Shown: positions 42,731 through 46,669 of the stretch, piece by piece
How positions within the stretch are numbered: the first letter of the stretch is position 1
Layout of the letters: every line of letters starts with the position of its first letter
Origin: an uncultured Clostridia bacterium
GTDB taxonomy: Bacteria; Bacillota; Clostridia; Christensenellales; Borkfalkiaceae
Direction of reading: 5' to 3'
NCBI GenBank assembly: GCA_947629345.1
Contig: CANRDK010000001.1
Coordinates: 1-46,669, forward strand
Length of the DNA: 46,669 nucleotides
Program-made: the position numbers and the translations under genes
Notes under the pieces: generated by a model
What the model was told of the DNA's origin: nothing
The model's input: the letters and a program-made list of their open reading frames with translations, nothing else
Database searches by the model: none

Positions 42731-42831
42731 GAGAGCCCTCCCTTTTTCTTTCATTATACAGGCATTTTCATGAAACGCAAGAGAATGCGCCGTTACTTTT
42801 CTGTTACATGGCGTTACTTCTGCCGTATTAT

Positions 42832-42866
42832 ACAAAAACACGCTCTGTTGCAAGCGTGTTTTTTCT
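42832..42866 (-). terminator. rho-independent terminator after cspA-like gene (bidirectional shape)
   Basis: ACACGCT-loop-AGCGTGT hairpin flanked by A- and T-runs. Confidence 0.65.
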
Positions 42867-42877
42867 TTTCTTCCGTT

Positions 42878-43090
42878 TTAGGCGATCGGTACGACGTTGA
42901 TCGCGCGAAGCTTCCCGCTGTTCTTGGGGTCGGGAGCCGTATCGAATGTAACTTTCTGCCCTTCCTTCAGCGTATGGAAACCGTCCATTTGAATGGCGGA
43001 GTAATGCACGAAAATATCGTCCCCTCCCTCGTCGTTGGCGATAAAACCAAAGCCCTTACCATCGTTGAACCATTTCACAGTTCCGTTCAT
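42878..43090 (-). CDS. cold-shock protein (CspA family)
   Basis: ORF trimmed to ATG 43090 after [22 protein letters not shown]...DIFVHYSAI (RNP1/RNP2 motifs). Promoter TTGACA-17-TGgTATAAT lies upstream. Confidence 0.93.
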   Translation of the reverse strand: MNGTVKWFNDGKGFGFIANDEGGDDIFVHYSAIQMDGFHTLKEGQKVTFDTAPDPKNSGKLRAINVVPIA

Positions 43091-43193
43091 GTTGTAACCT
43101 CCTATTGGCACGGCTGAAATTATGTCTCGAATTTTCCGTACCATGAAACATTATACCATTCTTTGACACCATTGTCAACATATCTATGAAAAT

Positions 43194-45008
43194 TTATTTC
43201 ATTTTCTTCAAATAATTTAAGAGCAGATCGGAGTAGCCCGCGGTGAAGTCCTCCGTCTCCTCCGCCGTGAGCTGGCGGAAGTTCATGAGGGCGAGATAGT
43301 AGATCTGTGTCGCGCCCACTTTTTGGGCATCCTCCCCCGCCTCTTTGATCGCCTGTACGGACGGGCAGGCGGCGTTCACGACGAGCGTGAGATCCTCGGG
43401 AGATTCTCCCATCCTGTAGAAGCTGTGCATCTCGTTCATCCTGCGCATGAACTCAGAGACGTTGATGACGGCGGGAACGGCCGTATTTTTGAGCTTTTCC
43501 GTCTTGATCTTGATATTTTTCCCGTCGAGAGCTCTCTTGAAAAGCTCCTCGAGGTCGCTGTCATTTCCGTTCTCCGCCTCCTTCAAGGCGCCTGCGACAT
43601 CGGCGTCGATGCGCAAGAATCTGACGCGCTTGGGATTTTTGTATTCGATATAGCTGATGAAGTGGGGATCGATATAGGTATCGCAGACGATGGCGTCGAG
43701 CCCTGCGTCCTTAAACATTTTAATATACTGTGCCTGCTTGTTCTCATCGGAGACATAGTACGCTGCCTGCGGTTCCTTGCCCTCTTTGGCGTCCTCGTCG
43801 CTCACTTCCTCGCCGAAATAGCTCTCGAGGGGCCGATATTCGCCCGAGAGATTCTTGAAGATGATGATCTCCTTGACCTTTTTATAGAATTCCTCGTCCT
43901 TGATGCAGCCGAACTTGACAAAGGTGGAGATATCATTCCAGCAGTTCTCATACTTTTCCCTGTCGTTTCTGTAGAGCTCTGTGAGCCTGTCCGCGACTTT
44001 CTTGGTGATATGCGCGGCGATCTTTTGTACCTGCCTGTCGTTCTGCAGGAAGGAACGGGAGACGTTCAGGGGAATGTCGGGGCAATCGATGACGCCGTTC
44101 AGGAGCATCAGGAATTCGGGGATCACTTCCTTGATGTTGTCGGCAATGTACACTTGGTTGCAGTAGAGTTTGACCTGCCCCCGCTCGAGCTCGACCTGCT
44201 TTTTGACCTTGGGGAAGTACAAAATTCCCTTGACGCGGAAGGGGTAATCCATGTTAAGATGGATCCAGAAGAGCGGTTCGTTGAAATCGTTGAAGGTGTC
44301 GCGGTAAAAGATCTTGTATTCCTCTTCCGTGCAGTCCTTGGGCTGTTTCAGATAGAGCGGCCGGGTATTATTGACGGGCTTGTCGTCCTCCTTGGGGTTG
44401 AGATAGATCTCATAGGGCATGAAGGAGCAATATTTGTTGAGAAGGGTGCGGATCTCACTCTCATGCAGAAATTCCGACTCCTCCTTTGCAATGTGCATGA
44501 CGATCTTTGTGCCGCGGCCCTCCTTTTCGCAGGGACCGATGGTATAGGTGCTGTTGCCGTCCGAGGCCCAATGCACACCCTCTGCCCCTTCCCGATAGGA
44601 CTTGGTGAAGATCTCAATGTTCTCGGAGACCATATAGGCGGAATAGAATCCGAGGCCGAAGTGGCCGATAATGCCGTCTCCGCCCGCCTTTTCATACCTT
44701 TCCACGAAATCTGCGGCGCCTGAAAAAGCGATCTGCGTAATGTACTTCTCCACTTCCTCTTCGGTCATGCCGATGCCGTTGTCCTCTACGGTCAAAGTCC
44801 CCGCCTTGTCATCCGTCGTGACGGTGATCCTGTACTGTTCTTCCGCGGCGGTATCGCCGAGTTCGGCAAGTTTTTTGTGCTTTGTGATCGCGTCCGAAGC
44901 GTTCGCGACGATCTCGCGGAGAAAGATGTCCTTTTCCGAATACAGCCATTTTTTGATGATCGGCATCATGTTTTCGCTTGAAATGCGAATGTTGCCCTGT
45001 CTTTCCAT
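43194..45008 (-). CDS. htpG: molecular chaperone HtpG (Hsp90)
   Basis: 604 aa. ...IFLREIVANASDAITK..., DNGIGMT and GHFGLGFYSAYMV motifs. Confidence 0.95.
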   Translation of the reverse strand: MERQGNIRISSENMMPIIKKWLYSEKDIFLREIVANASDAITKHKKLAELGDTAAEEQYRITVTTDDKAGTLTVEDNGIGMTEEEVEKYITQIAFSGAADFVERYEKAGGDGIIGHFGLGFYSAYMVSENIEIFTKSYREGAEGVHWASDGNSTYTIGPCEKEGRGTKIVMHIAKEESEFLHESEIRTLLNKYCSFMPYEIYLNPKEDDKPVNNTRPLYLKQPKDCTEEEYKIFYRDTFNDFNEPLFWIHLNMDYPFRVKGILYFPKVKKQVELERGQVKLYCNQVYIADNIKEVIPEFLMLLNGVIDCPDIPLNVSRSFLQNDRQVQKIAAHITKKVADRLTELYRNDREKYENCWNDISTFVKFGCIKDEEFYKKVKEIIIFKNLSGEYRPLESYFGEEVSDEDAKEGKEPQAAYYVSDENKQAQYIKMFKDAGLDAIVCDTYIDPHFISYIEYKNPKRVRFLRIDADVAGALKEAENGNDSDLEELFKRALDGKNIKIKTEKLKNTAVPAVINVSEFMRRMNEMHSFYRMGESPEDLTLVVNAACPSVQAIKEAGEDAQKVGATQIYYLALMNFRQLTAEETEDFTAGYSDLLLNYLKKMK

Positions 45009-45046
45009 AGCAGAATCTCCTTGATTGTTCTTTCAACCATATATAA

Positions 45047-45077
45047 ACAAAAAAATCCGCCGTTAAGCGGATTTTTC
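45047..45077 (-). terminator. rho-independent terminator after the S1-domain gene
   Basis: AATCCGC-loop-GCGGATT hairpin followed by T7 on the minus strand. Confidence 0.65.
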
Positions 45078-45094
45078 GTAAAATTCAGATAAAA

Positions 45095-46639
45095 TTATTT
45101 GTTTTCGTCGTCGTTGCCGCCGAGGAGATCTGCGATCGAAGCACCGCCGTAGCCGCCCTCCGTCCATTCTCTGTACTCGTCGCCCTCTTCATACTCGCTG
45201 CCGGTGTTTCCGCCCCTTCTGTTGTTCTTACGGGGACGGCGCTGTGCGTTGTTTGCGTTCTCCTCGCGCTCGTGGCGGGGCTCAAACTCGGGACGGGGCA
45301 GAAGCGCCTTGATGGAGAGGTTGATCTTCTTCTCTTCGGGAACGAACTTGATGATCTTCGCATCCACTTCCTCGCCGATGGAGAGGACGGATGTGGGATT
45401 GTCGAGCCACTCGTGAGAGATCTGGGAGAGATGGACGAGACCGTCGATGCCCTTTTCGATCTCGACGAATGCACCGAAGGGAACGATACGGACGACCTTG
45501 CCGTGAACGACGTCGCCCTCGGCATATTTCTCAGCCGCAAGGTCCCAAGGCTGGGGCTGGAGCTGTTTATAGCCGATGGAGACCTTTCTGTTGTCGCGGT
45601 CTACCTTCAGCACTTTGAACTCATAGCGTTGACCGATCGTGAGCACGTCGGTAACTTCCTTGACGCCCGTCCACGAAAGATCGGAGATGTGCGCAAGGCA
45701 ATCGAACCCGTTCACGGAGACGAATGCGCCGAAGGAGGTGACGCGTTCGACTTTCCCCTCCACGATGTCGTCCACATGGATGGAATCGAAGAACTCGGCT
45801 TCCCTCTGGGCTCTCAGAGCTTCGCGCTCGGCCTTTTCTGCCTCGAGAATGACGCGCTGGGAGGCGATGATCTCCTTCCTGCGTTCCTTTCTGATCTCAA
45901 GCAGCTTGAGTCTCAAGGTCTTGCCCTTGTATTTTTCGAGGTCCTTCACATACCCGGAGCGGATCTCGCTGGCGGGAATGAACACGGGATAGGTCCCGAG
46001 CTCTGCCGTAAGGCCGCCCTTGTTGAATCCTGTGCAGACCACGGTGAATTCCTTGCCGCCCTCGATCTCCTTGACGAGCGCCTCGTCTTCCTTGATCTTC
46101 TTCAGGGCCTTTTCGGAGAGCCTCACCTTGGGGGTGATCTCCATGACCATGAGCTGGATCTCTTCACCGACGCGGGCCGCATATGCCTCGCGGCTGTAAG
46201 TTTCGCAGTCGATATCTTCCTTTGCGAGAAGAATTTCAAGCTTACCGGATGCAGAGACATAGATACCTTCATCCGTTGCGGAAACAATATTGGCGGAGAT
46301 GATCTGACCCTTTTTGTAGCGCACGTTTTTGCCAAGGTCTTCAACGACCTTTTCCATCAGGTTGCCCTGCTGCGCTTCGGGTGCGGGGGCTTCCTCTGCC
46401 GCTGCTTCGGCGGGGACTGCTTCCTCTGCTTCGGGTGCGGGCGCTTCCTCTGCCGCTACTTTGGCGGGAGCCGCTTCCTCTGCTTCGGGTGCGGGTACTT
46501 CCTCTGCCGCTGCTTCGGCGGGAACCGCTTCCTCTGCCACGGTTGCGGGCGCTTCTTCTGCCGCCACGACCTCTTCGGTCACGGGCGTTTCCTCGACGAC
46601 CTCGGTCGTCTCCTGTACTTCCGCGTTGTTTTCTGCCAT
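45095..46639 (-). CDS. rpsA: 30S ribosomal protein S1 homolog (four S1 domains) with acidic Ala/Pro/Glu-rich repetitive N-terminal extension
   Basis: 514 aa. Repeated S1 motifs (e.g. VEGKVERVTSFGAFVSV, VHGKVVRIVPFGAFVEI). RBS GGAGG lies before the ATG at 46639. Confidence 0.85.
   Translation of the reverse strand: MAENNAEVQETTEVVEETPVTEEVVAAEEAPATVAEEAVPAEAAAEEVPAPEAEEAAPAKVAAEEAPAPEAEEAVPAEAAAEEAPAPEAQQGNLMEKVVEDLGKNVRYKKGQIISANIVSATDEGIYVSASGKLEILLAKEDIDCETYSREAYAARVGEEIQLMVMEITPKVRLSEKALKKIKEDEALVKEIEGGKEFTVVCTGFNKGGLTAELGTYPVFIPASEIRSGYVKDLEKYKGKTLRLKLLEIRKERRKEIIASQRVILEAEKAEREALRAQREAEFFDSIHVDDIVEGKVERVTSFGAFVSVNGFDCLAHISDLSWTGVKEVTDVLTIGQRYEFKVLKVDRDNRKVSIGYKQLQPQPWDLAAEKYAEGDVVHGKVVRIVPFGAFVEIEKGIDGLVHLSQISHEWLDNPTSVLSIGEEVDAKIIKFVPEEKKINLSIKALLPRPEFEPRHEREENANNAQRRPRKNNRRGGNTGSEYEEGDEYREWTEGGYGGASIADLLGGNDDENK
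46375..46575. repeat. 54-nt in-frame tandem repeat (3 full copies plus a partial) inside the S1 gene N-terminus
   Basis: CTTCGGGTGCGGG starts at 46375, 46429 and 46483, an exact 54-nt period. It encodes EAEEA(V/A)PA(E/K)(A/V)AAEE(A/V)PAP units. Confidence 0.85.
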
Positions 46640-46669
46640 CTTGAAGAGAACCTCCTGAGTCTGCCAATC

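Noticed and set aside
46375-46575. Regularly spaced repeats as a possible CRISPR array
   Set aside because: The units are directly tandem (54-nt period with no unique spacers), in-frame and inside the S1 gene. There are no cas genes in the window.

Overview
This is a 46.7-kb chromosomal segment from a GC-rich, spore-forming Firmicute, Clostridia-like by gene content. That taxon call is inference. Almost every real gene is on the minus strand, and most long plus-strand ORFs are antisense shadows. The backbone is the conserved sporulation and housekeeping neighbourhood also known from Bacillus. Read along the minus strand it runs spoIIIAA-AH, asp23, nusB, folD, ispA, dxs, tlyA, nadK, argR, recN, spoIVB. 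It continues with spoIIM, a DD-carboxypeptidase, lysA, an M50 protease, scpA, scpB, ytfI-like/ytfJ, a second DD-carboxypeptidase and a pseudouridine synthase. lexA and a frameshifted MATE transporter sit at the left end. On the right are slt-coaE-polA, two tRNA-Leu genes, an XRE-type membrane regulator, cspA, htpG and an S1-domain protein. A visibly more AT-rich accessory block (about 28.5-36.9 kb) abuts tRNA-Leu. It holds a Fic protein, a flavodoxin-like protein, several lipoproteins and orphan proteins, and a GH51 arabinofuranosidase lies next to it. I found no CRISPR array, integrase, transposase or recognisable defence operon.

The most unusual signals are:
- **Nested-palindrome element.** Three co-oriented copies of a ~34-nt element (core CATAGTACTATG). 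Two lie in-frame inside unrelated genes (dxs and spoIIIAE) and encode the same octapeptide.
- **Toxin-antitoxin cassette.** A ParE/Phd cassette sits between spoIVB and spoIIM, bracketed by a 62/66-nt duplication of the spoIVB 3' end.
- **Reused intergenic module.** A terminator-plus-promoter module of about 125-135 nt is used at two loci (X, Y), with a shorter promoter-proximal relative (~80 nt) at a third, Z. The third copy is fused to a truncated gene fragment.
- **Poly-C tract.** A C9 run sits in the spacer of a lipoprotein gene promoter.
- **Leaderless genes.** In five genes the -10 box lies 6-7 nt from the start codon.
- **tRNA-Leu(AAG).** One tRNA-Leu has an AAG anticodon.
- **MATE leader.** A structured leader precedes the frameshifted MATE gene.
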